Below, in pieces: positions 45,868 through 55,561 of a stretch of DNA of 64,000 bases. The position numbers and the translations under genes were made by a program. The stretch's first letter is position 1. Each line of letters starts with the position of its first letter. Source of the DNA: a phage; NCBI GenBank assembly GCA_037574385.1, contig GCA_037574385.1_4529.1; one strand, written 5' to 3'. The notes beneath the pieces were generated by a model, which made no database searches, was not told the DNA's origin, and was given only the letters and a program-made list of their open reading frames with translations.

Positions 45868-46046
45868 AGTTTAATTTCCTTCGCGATTGAACAGAAGATA
45901 CCACGGTCACAAAGCATTTCACCGATTTCTGGATATTTGATTGAACGATACCAAACATCCAGGCTTGAAATTCTGGTTATCCGTACTGCATTACCATTGA
46001 CAGAATAGTACTGGTCAACCTTAATTTCTTTATCTTCAATTGTCAT
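45864..46046 (-). CDS. hypothetical protein (60 aa)
   Basis: Trimmed to ATG with AGAGGAAAA SD; early promoter 46075-46104. Confidence 0.45.
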   Translation of the reverse strand: MTIEDKEIKVDQYYSVNGNAVRITRISSLDVWYRSIKYPEIGEMLCDRGIFCSIAKEIKL

Positions 46047-46074
46047 TTTGTTTTCCTCTGTGGTAGATGGTGTT

Positions 46075-46104
46075 AATCTTAACATATCTATCGAGGATGT
46101 AAAC
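46075..46104 (-). promoter_or_regulatory. early promoter (GTTTAC-N17/18-TAAGAT)
   Basis: Minus strand GTTTACATCCTCGATAGATATGTTAAGAT. Confidence 0.4.
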
Positions 46105-46212
46105 TGGTTTATGAAAATATTTTCGATTTGAGAGGGGCACAAGGAGATAGCGAAGTGAAGATTCCAATGGATTATATTAGAAATGAGATAAAGAAGACCA
46201 GGCGGCACCTGG

Positions 46213-46536
46213 TCAATCTTCTATGATATCAGAGTCGTATCCTAATGAAATCAAGGACTTTTTAAACTCTGCAATATTCTTTTGTTTCTTATCATTTAAA
46301 AATATGACAGGATAACGAATATTAAGTGAAGTGAATCCTGCACGTTTAGCAAGAGATACGATTAAAGGACGGTCATATTCAATCTTACCATTATTAGTGA
46401 GGACTTTATAAAATGTATAAGGAGCATTGAGCTCCTTTAAAAGTTTTGTAACGGTATAACATCCTGGACAACGTCCTACTTCTTCAGGGATGCCATAGAT
46501 TTCAATCTTATTCTTTAAGTTCGAGTTTTGTTCCAC
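46213..46536 (-). CDS. glutaredoxin/NrdH-like redoxin (about 107 aa; start uncertain, possibly GTG)
   Basis: Thioredoxin-fold signature IEIYGIPEEVGRCPGCY (CxxC); no in-frame ATG after the upstream stop, so GTG with AAGGAA SD proposed; T4 nrdH position. Confidence 0.45.
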   Translation of the reverse strand: MEQNSNLKNKIEIYGIPEEVGRCPGCYTVTKLLKELNAPYTFYKVLTNNGKIEYDRPLIVSLAKRAGFTSLNIRYPVIFLNDKKQKNIAEFKKSLISLGYDSDIIED

Positions 46537-46819
46537 GAGAAATAATTCCTTGATACGCCCAGTATGGCGGGTTAACAGAATCCTCACCAGAGTTTTCTTC
46601 AGGAAAATAAACCTGGATAACGAAGCCGGATTCATCAAAGGTGAAATAAGTAGTAGGCAGTTCACCTAACAAATCGGCACGAGCGTTGATTTCTTCGAGG
46701 TCTTGTTCACGTCCAGCCCAGAAGCTTGGGTTCAGACTACATTCATAGAAATAATAGTCATTACCGAACATATCAAACCCCTTCCAACTCTCTACCACGT
46801 ACCGCTCAAAACTAATCAT
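46508..46819 (-). CDS. hypothetical protein (103 aa)
   Basis: ORF with AAAGG SD. Confidence 0.45.
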   Translation of the reverse strand: MISFERYVVESWKGFDMFGNDYYFYECSLNPSFWAGREQDLEEINARADLLGELPTTYFTFDESGFVIQVYFPEENSGEDSVNPPYWAYQGIISRGTKLELKE

Positions 46820-46821
46820 AA

Positions 46822-47037
46822 TTAAGCCTTTTTATCAAGAACAGAATTCAGTTTATTAGTAATTTTGTCCAAACGTTCATTGAATTCGCTGGAGGATAAA
46901 CCCTTTTCCGGAGAAATTAAACTAATCACGAAAAATACACCAGTAAAAGGAATAAGAAAAATAGCTCCAACTGCCATAAACAGAAAGAATGTTACAGTTG
47001 TAAGAAAATCAGCTAAACCTTTACGAAATTTATACAT
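46822..47037 (-). CDS. small membrane protein (71 aa)
   Basis: AAGGG SD; hydrophobic TM segments. Confidence 0.5.
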   Translation of the reverse strand: MYKFRKGLADFLTTVTFFLFMAVGAIFLIPFTGVFFVISLISPEKGLSSSEFNERLDKITNKLNSVLDKKA

Positions 47038-47151
47038 ATTTACCCTTAATTAATTAACCAAGCATTGATAAGCACTAAACTATATTGCGAATAAAATTCT
47101 GGACCAAAATGAAAAATCATATCATTTATAGTATCCATAATATAATTCAAT

Positions 47152-47622
47152 TTAATCATGTTTCCACACCCCATCGGTATTTGACCAAAGTCGCTGATTA
47201 TCTGATCCTCGCCACAGCTTTTTAGTCGGAAGATTTTTCTCATACTTCCCATCAATAATAACATCAACATATTTAAGCATTTCTAGCTGTTTAATATCTT
47301 CAAACTTATATCCTGTCCACAACCAAATGCTTTTATTGGGATAAAGATTTTTAATAGTTTGAACCACAGAGTGAATAACATCTCGGTTATCAGGATAGAG
47401 AGGGTCGCCTCCAGTTATAGTCAATCCTTCTATATAATCATTATTCAAACATTGAATTAATTGTTCTAGTGTTTCACCAGTGAATGGAGCACCATTTCTA
47501 GCATTCCATGTTGATTTATTATAACACCCTTCGCATTTATGCAAACAACCTGTAACGAAAAGAACGACCCTACAACCAGGGCCATTAACAAAATCGCAAG
47601 GATAAAATCTATCATAATTCAT
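47152..47622 (-). CDS. nrdG: anaerobic ribonucleotide reductase activating protein (radical SAM)
   Basis: 156 aa; CLHKCEGC (CX3CX2C) radical-SAM motif; ATGA-coupled to nrdD. Confidence 0.88.
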   Translation of the reverse strand: MNYDRFYPCDFVNGPGCRVVLFVTGCLHKCEGCYNKSTWNARNGAPFTGETLEQLIQCLNNDYIEGLTITGGDPLYPDNRDVIHSVVQTIKNLYPNKSIWLWTGYKFEDIKQLEMLKYVDVIIDGKYEKNLPTKKLWRGSDNQRLWSNTDGVWKHD

Positions 47623-49436
47623 TGGTGTTTAACCCTATGCATGATTTCTTTATTTTTACCGAGATTAAATCCGCGTTCGTTCGGATTTCCCAAATAACCG
47701 CACGTTCTTCTTATTGTGTTCATCTTTTTAGGATCAGTTTCTCCGCAAACTGAACAAACAAATCCGTTTTCAGTAGGAGTCATTTCATGGGTACTTCCGC
47801 ATGTAAAACATTTATCCACTGGCATATTAACACCAAAATAATCTAAATGTTGTGCAGCATAATCCCAGACGGCCTCAAGTCCTTTTAAGTTATTTTTCAT
47901 ATCAGGAAGTTCAACATAAGAAATGTGACCACCTGTCGCAATGAAATGATATGGCGCTTCACGAGAAATCTTTTCAAACGGAGTAATATTTTCTTCTACT
48001 GAAACGTGGAAACTATTAGTGTACCAGCCTTTATCGGTAACATCTTTTACACTTCCGTATTTTTCTGTATCAAGTTTACAGAAGCGATAACAAAGGTTTT
48101 CAGCAGGAGTCGAATATAAACTAAAAGCAAATCCAGTTCTTTCAGTCCACTGTTTAAGATGAGCATTCATTTTAGTTAAAATTTCTTGCCCAATATCACG
48201 ACCGACAAGAATATTCAATTCGTGAATACCAATGTATCCCAAAGACACTGAACTTCTACCGTTTTTAAATAACTCAATTATGTCGTCATCAGGTTTAAGA
48301 CGAACACCGAATGCACCTTCTTGGTAAAGAATAGGAGCAACAGTCGCTTTAACTCCTTTTAAGGAACTAATTCTACACATCAAGGCTTCAAAACACAGAT
48401 CCATTCGTTCATTGAATAATTCAACAAATTTCTGTTCATTGAACTGTGTTCCAATATAAGAATCTAATGCGATACGAGGAAGATTCAGCGTTACAACACC
48501 TAGATTATTACGCCCATCAAGAATTTCATTACCGGTTGAATCTTTCCACACACTCAAGAAACTACGGCAACCCATTGGAGAAACTGGAACTGAAGAACCG
48601 GTAATAACTTTGTTATTCTTAACCGAAATGATGTCAGGATACATTCTTTTGCTTGCACATTCTAAAGCAAGCTGCTTAATATCATAGTTCGGGTCGTCTT
48701 TATAAAGATTAACACCTTCTTCAATGAACATAACAAGTTTAGGGAAAATAGGAGTTATCCCATCACGTCCAAGACCTTTAATCCGATTTTTCAGAATTGC
48801 TTTCTGAATCATTCGTTCAGTCCAATCGGTTCCCATGCCAAATGTAATTGTTACAAAAGGCGTTTGTCCATTTGAACTAAAGAGAGTATTTACTTCATAT
48901 TCATAAGCTTGGAATGCATCGTATACGTCTTTTTCTGTTTTAGATTGAGCATAATTCAACGCATCAGCGATTTGCCATTTTTCTGCATCTTCAACATGTT
49001 TAGCGTATGTGCGTTTAACATAAGGAGAAAGAACTTTATCGACATTCGCAAATGTAGTTCCGCCATACTGATGTGAAGCAACTTGTGCGGTAATTTGTGC
49101 CATAATTGCAGTAGCAACACCAATTGATTTAGGCGTTTCAATTTGAGCATTGCCTAATTTAAATCCATTCTCAAGCATCCCCTTTAAATCGACTAAACAG
49201 CAATTAGTAAATGGAAGAGCAGGAGAATAATCAATATCATGCATGTGGATAATTCCACTTTCATGCGCATTCATAATAAAAGACGGGACCATATTTTTGG
49301 CAATGTGCTTAGACACAATACCAGCCATAAGGTCCCGTTGAGTTGGAAAAACACGAGAATCTTTATTAGCATTCTCGTTCAAAAGATCTTTATTAGTTTT
49401 ATGAATTAATCCTTCAATTTCTTTTTCAATTTTCAT
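47619..49436 (-). CDS. nrdD: anaerobic ribonucleoside-triphosphate reductase (glycyl radical enzyme), uninterrupted
   Basis: 605 aa; C-terminal zinc ribbon CFTCGS...CSVCG and glycyl-radical motif RRTCGYLG. Confidence 0.9.
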   Translation of the reverse strand: MKIEKEIEGLIHKTNKDLLNENANKDSRVFPTQRDLMAGIVSKHIAKNMVPSFIMNAHESGIIHMHDIDYSPALPFTNCCLVDLKGMLENGFKLGNAQIETPKSIGVATAIMAQITAQVASHQYGGTTFANVDKVLSPYVKRTYAKHVEDAEKWQIADALNYAQSKTEKDVYDAFQAYEYEVNTLFSSNGQTPFVTITFGMGTDWTERMIQKAILKNRIKGLGRDGITPIFPKLVMFIEEGVNLYKDDPNYDIKQLALECASKRMYPDIISVKNNKVITGSSVPVSPMGCRSFLSVWKDSTGNEILDGRNNLGVVTLNLPRIALDSYIGTQFNEQKFVELFNERMDLCFEALMCRISSLKGVKATVAPILYQEGAFGVRLKPDDDIIELFKNGRSSVSLGYIGIHELNILVGRDIGQEILTKMNAHLKQWTERTGFAFSLYSTPAENLCYRFCKLDTEKYGSVKDVTDKGWYTNSFHVSVEENITPFEKISREAPYHFIATGGHISYVELPDMKNNLKGLEAVWDYAAQHLDYFGVNMPVDKCFTCGSTHEMTPTENGFVCSVCGETDPKKMNTIRRTCGYLGNPNERGFNLGKNKEIMHRVKHQ

Positions 49437-49906
49437 TTTAAACTCTTTCTAAGCTGCTTTTTGAATGAAGATATTAATTGTGTTTTAGTATCAGATTCAT
49501 TATATTCAAATCCTCTTTGAAGCATCTCAGCCATCATTTCCTCTTTACCTAGTCTTGAGAACTCTTTAGTTTTGTCTGGAACAAAATTAGGATGGATATT
49601 ATTATCAGAATAATCTTGTTTCAAATAAGCAAGAAGAGCTTCAAGCCATTCGAGGTAATCAACGTTTTGACCTTTCAAACCGGAACGGTTGAACTTATGC
49701 TTCATTTGACCTTCTGCTGCGTTGCACAGATTACAGAGTAATCCACGAACTCTACCGGCTTTTGGCCCGTTTAATTCATGGTCGTGGTCAAGATGGTTAC
49801 CTTGAACATCAGAGTCTAATTCACGGCGGCAAATAGGACACTTACCGTTCTGTGCATCATAAAATTTTTGTTTTTCTTCTTTATATTTTGCGCCTGATAA
49901 TAACAT
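49433..49906 (-). CDS. 49: endonuclease VII (Holliday junction resolvase)
   Basis: 157 aa; MLLSGAKYKEEKQKFYDAQNGKCPIC...HLDHDHELNGPKAGRVRGLLCNLCNAAEG near-identical to recalled T4 gp49. Confidence 0.92.
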   Translation of the reverse strand: MLLSGAKYKEEKQKFYDAQNGKCPICRRELDSDVQGNHLDHDHELNGPKAGRVRGLLCNLCNAAEGQMKHKFNRSGLKGQNVDYLEWLEALLAYLKQDYSDNNIHPNFVPDKTKEFSRLGKEEMMAEMLQRGFEYNESDTKTQLISSFKKQLRKSLK

Positions 49907-49945
49907 GATAAACCCTTACCTTAAATAGATAAGGGTATTTATAAT

Positions 49946-50116
49946 TTAGTAAACTTTATAAAAGTTACGATGAGAACGTTTAGCTTTGCGAAGCTGACGT
50001 TTAGTAGGACGAACTGTAAATGGTTGTCCAGAGAAAAAATTCGGATCGGTTTTAATAAGCAAATACCAATCATGCTTGCCATTTTTTAATAAACGGTACA
50101 ATAATTTAACTTGCAT
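49946..50116 (-). CDS. hypothetical protein (56 aa)
   Basis: Trimmed to ATG with GGGAAGAG SD. Confidence 0.4.
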   Translation of the reverse strand: MQVKLLYRLLKNGKHDWYLLIKTDPNFFSGQPFTVRPTKRQLRKAKRSHRNFYKVY

Positions 50117-50244
50117 AATAATCTCTTCCCATTTCCATATCAATTAATTCATTTATTGAAGGTTCATCATAACATGGTTCTTCGTCGTTGTAAACTGTTT
50201 CGACGTCTGGCTCGACTGTCTCCCATCGAGCAGAATACCACGGT

Positions 50245-50415
50245 TTAACCCCGGAGTTTATTGAGCTCTTCATAATCAATCCAGGATTCTAGCCCAGATG
50301 GCAAATCAGATTCAATTTCCCAAAGAAGCTCTTCAATTTTCTGAAGACGATCTAATTCTTCAACAGGAATAGTAACCATTGATGGAGCTCTTGCTGCACT
50401 AATATCGTATATCAT
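50245..50415 (-). CDS. hypothetical protein (56 aa; start uncertain)
   Basis: Trimmed to ATG with GGGGTAAAT SD just past the upstream stop. Confidence 0.35.
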   Translation of the reverse strand: MIYDISAARAPSMVTIPVEELDRLQKIEELLWEIESDLPSGLESWIDYEELNKLRG

Positions 50416-50417
50416 AT

Positions 50418-50633
50418 TTACCCCAGTTTGACCATACAATCGCCGTATTTCCACTTAGAAATAGACTTTTCGCCATTAGAATAATAAACTTCTAGTTTAG
50501 CACGATTATTTTTAATTTGAATAATCTTTGCTGTCATCAAAGTTCCATACCCATAATAAACTGCAACTTCGTCACCTACATATACTGCGTTTCCACGGTA
50601 GTCATGGATATAATCAGTTCCTTCAAGCATCAT
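50418..50633 (-). CDS. hypothetical protein (71 aa)
   Basis: ATGA-coupled to nrdC. Confidence 0.45.
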   Translation of the reverse strand: MMLEGTDYIHDYRGNAVYVGDEVAVYYGYGTLMTAKIIQIKNNRAKLEVYYSNGEKSISKWKYGDCMVKLG

Positions 50634-50893
50634 TTAAAATATTCTCGCAGTTGGTCAAATCCACCAATGTGACTTCCGTCAGGAGCAAATACTTGAGGCA
50701 TAGTCAATCCAACTTGTGATTCACGTCCAAGCTTAACCAAAAGCTCAGTAATTTTCTCATCGTCGAACACACCTTTTTCCGGCATAACATTAATGAATTC
50801 GAACGGCTGTTTCTTAACAGTCAACAATCGTTTCGCATTATCACAATAAATGCATTTATGAATAGTAGAGTCATACCCGTACACTTTAAACAT
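50630..50893 (-). CDS. nrdC: thioredoxin/glutaredoxin NrdC
   Basis: Trimmed to ATG giving 87 aa; MFKVYGYDS.IHKCIYCDNAKRLL... near-identical to recalled T4 NrdC. Confidence 0.9.
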   Translation of the reverse strand: MFKVYGYDSTIHKCIYCDNAKRLLTVKKQPFEFINVMPEKGVFDDEKITELLVKLGRESQVGLTMPQVFAPDGSHIGGFDQLREYFK

Positions 50894-51299
50894 TATTTTT
50901 CCTTTCGTCAATTAAGCAATTAACACCCAATACAATACATGTAATAAAACCTGTGATACAGATAGAAACTAACAACACTGTACCAAAGAACCAAATCAGG
51001 TTATCTTTACTATTTTGTTGAATATCCATCTCGCGAATTTCTATAGCTATCGTATCACCTTTATTCAGAAGCGTATAAAACGATGGTGATACATGCCTGT
51101 CAAAAACTCGTCCTTGCTCATCTTTATAGACTGCAATAAATTCTAATTTAGAATATTTTCCTGTAGATTGGCCTGAGATTAATTCCACTACCTCCACAGG
51201 AATTACTTTAGTTTCCATATAAGTATTCTGGCTGTTCCAAATGAATGGAATAATGGCAAAAACTAAAGCTGCAATAAAACAACGAAGACTATATCTCAT
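50886..51299 (-). CDS. membrane protein (137 aa)
   Basis: N-terminal and C-terminal TM segments. Confidence 0.5.
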   Translation of the reverse strand: MRYSLRCFIAALVFAIIPFIWNSQNTYMETKVIPVEVVELISGQSTGKYSKLEFIAVYKDEQGRVFDRHVSPSFYTLLNKGDTIAIEIREMDIQQNSKDNLIWFFGTVLLVSICITGFITCIVLGVNCLIDERKNNV

Positions 51300-51604
51300 T
51301 ATAATGTTCTCTCAAATTTGTGGAAGCATTTACGGCATTTCAATTTCAGGTTATCAGTGGTCCAGTTAACCAATTGAACCTGAATAGTTCCACATTCCGG
51401 ACACGGATGTTTTGCTGCCGATTTGGCAGCATTTTCACGTCGTTCAACCATTTTCATTATTTCGTTCCATGCCGGAGGAACGAACTCTTCTTTACCATGA
51501 ATTTTATCTCGCTGAACAAATTCAATCTTTGAACTATCGTCAATAAACTTAACTAAGCTGTGATTAGTGTTCATATCAATATCCTCTAAAAGACGTAGTT
51601 TCAT
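51299..51604 (-). CDS. zinc-finger protein (101 aa)
   Basis: CPECG...CRKC zinc-ribbon pattern. Confidence 0.5.
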   Translation of the reverse strand: MKLRLLEDIDMNTNHSLVKFIDDSSKIEFVQRDKIHGKEEFVPPAWNEIMKMVERRENAAKSAAKHPCPECGTIQVQLVNWTTDNLKLKCRKCFHKFERTL

Positions 51605-52554
51605 TATAACACCTCAATGGCATTTCGTAAACCATCCGCTTTCGCATTCAGAGCTTTTAACGATTTAGTTTGTTCTTTAATCTGGGCTTCGACTTCTTTC
51701 AGACGAGATTTGAGATATTCACGTTCTTCTCTTAAGTTATCAACTTTTTCTGCTTTAGGCTCTTTAATAGGCTTAGGCTTATACTCGTTAGGGTTCTTCA
51801 GTTTAATTTTAATTCGAGAACTGAATAACATTGAACCGTTATCTTCGGTTTCGTCGAACATTTCAACAACATCCATAGTCTGTAACATCATGCGAAGTTT
51901 ATAAGACAGAGAACGAACGGTTTTATTGTGCTTCTTAATTTCTTCAGCTTTCATGGTACCGAGATTACGTGAGTAGTAATAAGGAACCTGGATATCAATT
52001 GATAACGACGCGGTGCCATTACCAGTTGGTTTGAATACTGCAGTAACCCAATCTTTAACATGAACTTTATTTGTACGATCATCGCCGCCTGTGAATAATT
52101 TACATGAATGTTTAAAAAGCATATTCACTTGGTTATTGAATTCACAAGCAAATTTATCAGCAAATTTAGTTTCAGGAATGGTAGATAACCAATCAGCCAA
52201 ATGAGTCTTTTTAACATCATTAACAATAGTGAATTCAACCAAATCGGTTTTAGATGTCACAGATTTAATAAAGCTCGGCTTCATAAAGTTTTTAATGTTA
52301 TCGCGAGCTACAGTAGAAGATAATAAACGAGAACGTTTGAACCATTGAAGCAGTGTCCCTAATGAATGAGAATACGCATTCTGAGTATCTTTACAGATAT
52401 GATTTTCTTGGCCTGTGTATGTACCAAAATCGCGAAGAATACCACTTACTACATCTCGGTGTGGAACATCAAATCCTAGTGCACCAGTAGCGCGCTGAGC
52501 ATGAACGTTAGCGATAAGACCGGCAAAGTATTCAATGTAATGTGAACGTGTCAT
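51604..52554 (-). CDS. hypothetical protein with C-terminal coiled coil (316 aa)
   Basis: Early promoter 52583-52611; C-terminal heptad-rich segment. Confidence 0.55.
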   Translation of the reverse strand: MTRSHYIEYFAGLIANVHAQRATGALGFDVPHRDVVSGILRDFGTYTGQENHICKDTQNAYSHSLGTLLQWFKRSRLLSSTVARDNIKNFMKPSFIKSVTSKTDLVEFTIVNDVKKTHLADWLSTIPETKFADKFACEFNNQVNMLFKHSCKLFTGGDDRTNKVHVKDWVTAVFKPTGNGTASLSIDIQVPYYYSRNLGTMKAEEIKKHNKTVRSLSYKLRMMLQTMDVVEMFDETEDNGSMLFSSRIKIKLKNPNEYKPKPIKEPKAEKVDNLREEREYLKSRLKEVEAQIKEQTKSLKALNAKADGLRNAIEVL

Positions 52555-52582
52555 AATATTTTCCTCTCGTTAAGATAGATTC

Positions 52583-52611
52583 ATTATACTCCAACCATCC
52601 TTGGTTGTAAA
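52583..52611 (-). promoter_or_regulatory. early promoter (GTTTACA-N17-TATAAT), CCAAGGATGG-spacer family
   Basis: Minus strand GTTTACAACCAAGGATGGTTGGAGTATAAT. Confidence 0.55.
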
Positions 52612-52616
52612 CTGAT

Positions 52617-53573
52617 TTATGATTTTAATGCATTCATTGCGTTAAAAAGTTTAGAGTACTGCAACTGGAGATTGGTCACCACCTGTTGAGCATCACGAAG
52701 CTTAGCTTGTGCCTTATCAAGTTCAACAGACAGTTGGTCTACAGTAGCCTTGATTTGATTGTAATGATAATCTTCAGCCGGAAGAAGGTCATTAGAAACA
52801 TTTAGTTTTGCTGCCGACAGTTTGCACACATTTGGCAAACCTTTAAACATACCAGATTGTGCTGGAGAATATGCGCCTAGAACCTCTGCATTACCGACTG
52901 GTGTTGATGTAATATTGCCTTCGAACGTTGCATTTTCCTTTTTAAGATTTTTATAATATTCAGAGTCTTTGTGCCACCATGGTGCAGGAACCTTTTTACC
53001 AATAGATACACGAGCCTGGATAGCGATATGGCCCTTATTCTTGATAGGGTCGATAATATTAAGCTCACGAGAATAAATTGCTTTAATCTGGTGGATATTA
53101 TCACCTAAAACTTCCAACGCTTGGTGGAATACACGAGCAACGTTATCATTCTTAGGTTTATACGTAAGAGTGAACTCGTTCTCACTGATAACCATGGTTT
53201 CTAACTTATCGTAAGTATATTTCAAATGCTTCATGTTAATTGCTTGAGGACGAATACGAGAAGCAATGGCCATCAGATTGTTAAGGTTATTTCTGAACTG
53301 TTTAGCAAAATATTGTCCATAACCGCCAATACAAAAATTACGAAGTTTCTGTTTGGCCAGTAAACGACTGAACTCACCGTTTTTAATGAACTCTTTAACG
53401 GGTGTGTTAGTAACACATTCAAATTGAGTAAACTTACGAGAAGTAATCCCATAATATGAACAGATTTCCTCAATCTCTTCAGGAGTCTTTACAGGCATAC
53501 GGATAGGATTAGGTCCTGGAGTATATGCGTTCGAGGTAAATTCTTTGATAAGTTCTCTACGTGTAATAGCCAT
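52617..53573 (-). CDS. hypothetical protein with C-terminal coiled coil (318 aa)
   Basis: Track ORF trimmed to ATG (MAITRREL...) with GAGGAA SD; early promoter 53601-53629. Confidence 0.55.
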   Translation of the reverse strand: MAITRRELIKEFTSNAYTPGPNPIRMPVKTPEEIEEICSYYGITSRKFTQFECVTNTPVKEFIKNGEFSRLLAKQKLRNFCIGGYGQYFAKQFRNNLNNLMAIASRIRPQAINMKHLKYTYDKLETMVISENEFTLTYKPKNDNVARVFHQALEVLGDNIHQIKAIYSRELNIIDPIKNKGHIAIQARVSIGKKVPAPWWHKDSEYYKNLKKENATFEGNITSTPVGNAEVLGAYSPAQSGMFKGLPNVCKLSAAKLNVSNDLLPAEDYHYNQIKATVDQLSVELDKAQAKLRDAQQVVTNLQLQYSKLFNAMNALKS

Positions 53574-53600
53574 TTTATATTCCTCATGTTGAAAAAAATT

Positions 53601-53629
53601 ATTATACTCCAACCATCCTTGGTTGTACA
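53601..53629 (-). promoter_or_regulatory. early promoter (TGTACA-N17-TATAAT), CCAAGGATGG-spacer family
   Basis: Minus strand TGTACAACCAAGGATGGTTGGAGTATAAT. Confidence 0.55.
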
Positions 53630-54625
53630 TCATTCCTTAAGAAGTTTTACTACCTGAATAAGATTAGCTCGTTCTGTTTTATTTTTACCGTTCAGTCCGG
53701 CCAATCGCGAGATTTCATCGTCAGTTTGTTGAATAGTTACATTAAGTTCATTAATCAAAGCTTCAAAGTATTTGATTTGCTCAGCATGTTTTGATTCAAA
53801 TTTCTGAACCGGAATAACGTCTTGGTTCAGTTCATCAATAAGGTCTTTAAGAGCATCTTCTTGGTTGATATCATATTCAACTTCTTTTATTTCTTCAACG
53901 AGCTCGTCTTTATATCTAACGTCTTTTAGTCCTGGTGCTGGTCCTGAAATCTCTTCTTTAAGAGTACAAACATATCCAATACGGTATCCAGTTCCGTCTC
54001 GCTTGATATCAACTTCGTCGATAAATCCACAATGTTTAAGTCCAGAGCCGATTATGTCAAAATATCCTTGACGTCGTCCTTCAAACGTTACACGAACTAC
54101 TAAGACAGTTTTGCCACCAACCTTTTGAAGCTCACATTTATAAAAGTCTGTTGAACCTGAATAACGTGGATGAGTTTTAAAGTTCATCTGACGATCTAAG
54201 CCCATTTGTAAACGTGCTGTTACGGCCATAAAACGTGTTTGGTTCTCGTTAAGATGAGCAACGATCCATTTCAAAGGCATTTTACACTGTTCACGTCCGA
54301 ACAAATCAGTACGTCCTAGATTACGCAGGATGTTGTTAGAGTTAATCATCGACAGAACGTTAAGTTTATTCAGCGCGCTGAAGATTCCATCAGCCATTGA
54401 TTTTCCATAACCTTTACACGCTTTAATAAGTGCTCGCGGCAGATTAGCATAGATTTCGGACGGCATATGAAAATCAAATTTACTAGTCAGTAATTGATGA
54501 ACTTGGATAGCAATTTGCTCATAATTAAGTGCTCTGCGATCGTTATGGTCTTTAAACCACACTTTAATCTGTGAAGCACATAAACCGTTAATTTCATGTT
54601 TTACCGCATCAGATGTAATGCTCAT
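53630..54625 (-). CDS. hypothetical protein with C-terminal coiled coil (331 aa)
   Basis: GAGGAAATAG SD; promoter-like element 54661-54689. Confidence 0.55.
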   Translation of the reverse strand: MSITSDAVKHEINGLCASQIKVWFKDHNDRRALNYEQIAIQVHQLLTSKFDFHMPSEIYANLPRALIKACKGYGKSMADGIFSALNKLNVLSMINSNNILRNLGRTDLFGREQCKMPLKWIVAHLNENQTRFMAVTARLQMGLDRQMNFKTHPRYSGSTDFYKCELQKVGGKTVLVVRVTFEGRRQGYFDIIGSGLKHCGFIDEVDIKRDGTGYRIGYVCTLKEEISGPAPGLKDVRYKDELVEEIKEVEYDINQEDALKDLIDELNQDVIPVQKFESKHAEQIKYFEALINELNVTIQQTDDEISRLAGLNGKNKTERANLIQVVKLLKE

Positions 54626-54687
54626 AACTATTTCCTCAGATTGAATTGGAACTCAAAACCATTATAACCCGTCCTTGGGTAAAGCGT

Positions 54688-55215
54688 TTATGCGTGAACC
54701 GTCTTTAAACGTTCTTCAAATTTCCGAAGAGTACTAATACGTTCTGATTTCTGTTTTGTGTAGTTTGCAATACGTTCTGAAGTGAGAGCGTATCGTTCGT
54801 TTACTGTTTCTTTCATGAAGTCAGGGATTTCACGAGAAGCTTTAATTTCATCAAACTTATCGATTACTGCCTGGTCTTCAGCGATTAAATTTTCGTACAT
54901 CTCGATATCTTTCTTGATAAACTCGATATCTTCCTGGGTTACTTTGGATAAACGAGATGCTTTATCCTTTTTGTACTGCTCGTTAGTTTCACGAGACCAG
55001 AATAATGTACGTTTTTTATTAGTGTTTTTGTAGACTTCCACAATTCCAACCGAATCGATGATAACAATCCAATTCCAGCGAGATTTGAAAATCTGACCTC
55101 CGTCCACGGTAATCTCGTTACCATAAGCAACGTCATTAAAGAACTTGCTTTGTGCTTCAGATTTAAATTTACCGTCGTTATAATTTACCAGGTTGAAAAT
55201 ATCTTTAGCGTTCAT
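54688..55215 (-). CDS. hypothetical protein (175 aa)
   Basis: GGAGG SD; early promoter 55243-55270. Confidence 0.5.
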   Translation of the reverse strand: MNAKDIFNLVNYNDGKFKSEAQSKFFNDVAYGNEITVDGGQIFKSRWNWIVIIDSVGIVEVYKNTNKKRTLFWSRETNEQYKKDKASRLSKVTQEDIEFIKKDIEMYENLIAEDQAVIDKFDEIKASREIPDFMKETVNERYALTSERIANYTKQKSERISTLRKFEERLKTVHA

Positions 55216-55242
55216 GTTTTACCTCCAGTAGTTGATAGGTCT

Positions 55243-55270
55243 ATAATAACATAACCATAGACCTTGTAAA
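55243..55270 (-). promoter_or_regulatory. early promoter (GTTTACA-N16-TATTAT); AGGTCTAT/ATAGACCT inverted repeat around -10
   Basis: Minus strand GTTTACAAGGTCTATGGTTATGTTATTATAGACCT. Confidence 0.45.
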
Positions 55271-55273
55271 CAA

Positions 55274-55561
55274 CTAAAAGAAACTTTTTTCGGTATTTTT
55301 TCCACTGAACCAAACAGACTTCGGGATTTTTTGTAATTTTTCAGATTTAAGTTTCTCTTCCTGTTCTTTCTTATATACACCCTTGTCGTACTGGAGCATC
55401 TCTATGGCATTCTTTTGCAAACGATCTAAGGTAATTAAGGCTTTAGTTTTTCCTTTCAAGGAAGAGTCCTGGCGAACCTCCTCGCTATATTGCATCGTAG
55501 AACTAACCATACGATGAGCATAGAGTTCGACTGCGGCTTTAATTTTTTGCATAAAATCCAT
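55274..55561 (-). CDS. hypothetical protein (95 aa)
   Basis: AAAGAGGA SD; preferred over the overlapping alternative frame 55456-55662. Confidence 0.45.
   Translation of the reverse strand: MDFMQKIKAAVELYAHRMVSSTMQYSEEVRQDSSLKGKTKALITLDRLQKNAIEMLQYDKGVYKKEQEEKLKSEKLQKIPKSVWFSGKNTEKSFF

Noticed and set aside
47046-47270. 74-aa minus-strand ORF overlapping the 3' part of nrdG
   Set aside because: Out of frame within the nrdG radical-SAM coding region; no SD
53574-53633. N-terminal extensions in the ORF track (e.g. MMYNQGWLEYNNFFQHEEYK at 52617-53633; similar cases at 287-547, 9399-9671, 10697-11245, 45864-46208)
   Set aside because: The extension is a translated promoter (-35/-10 plus SD); a downstream ATG with proper SD spacing is the likely start
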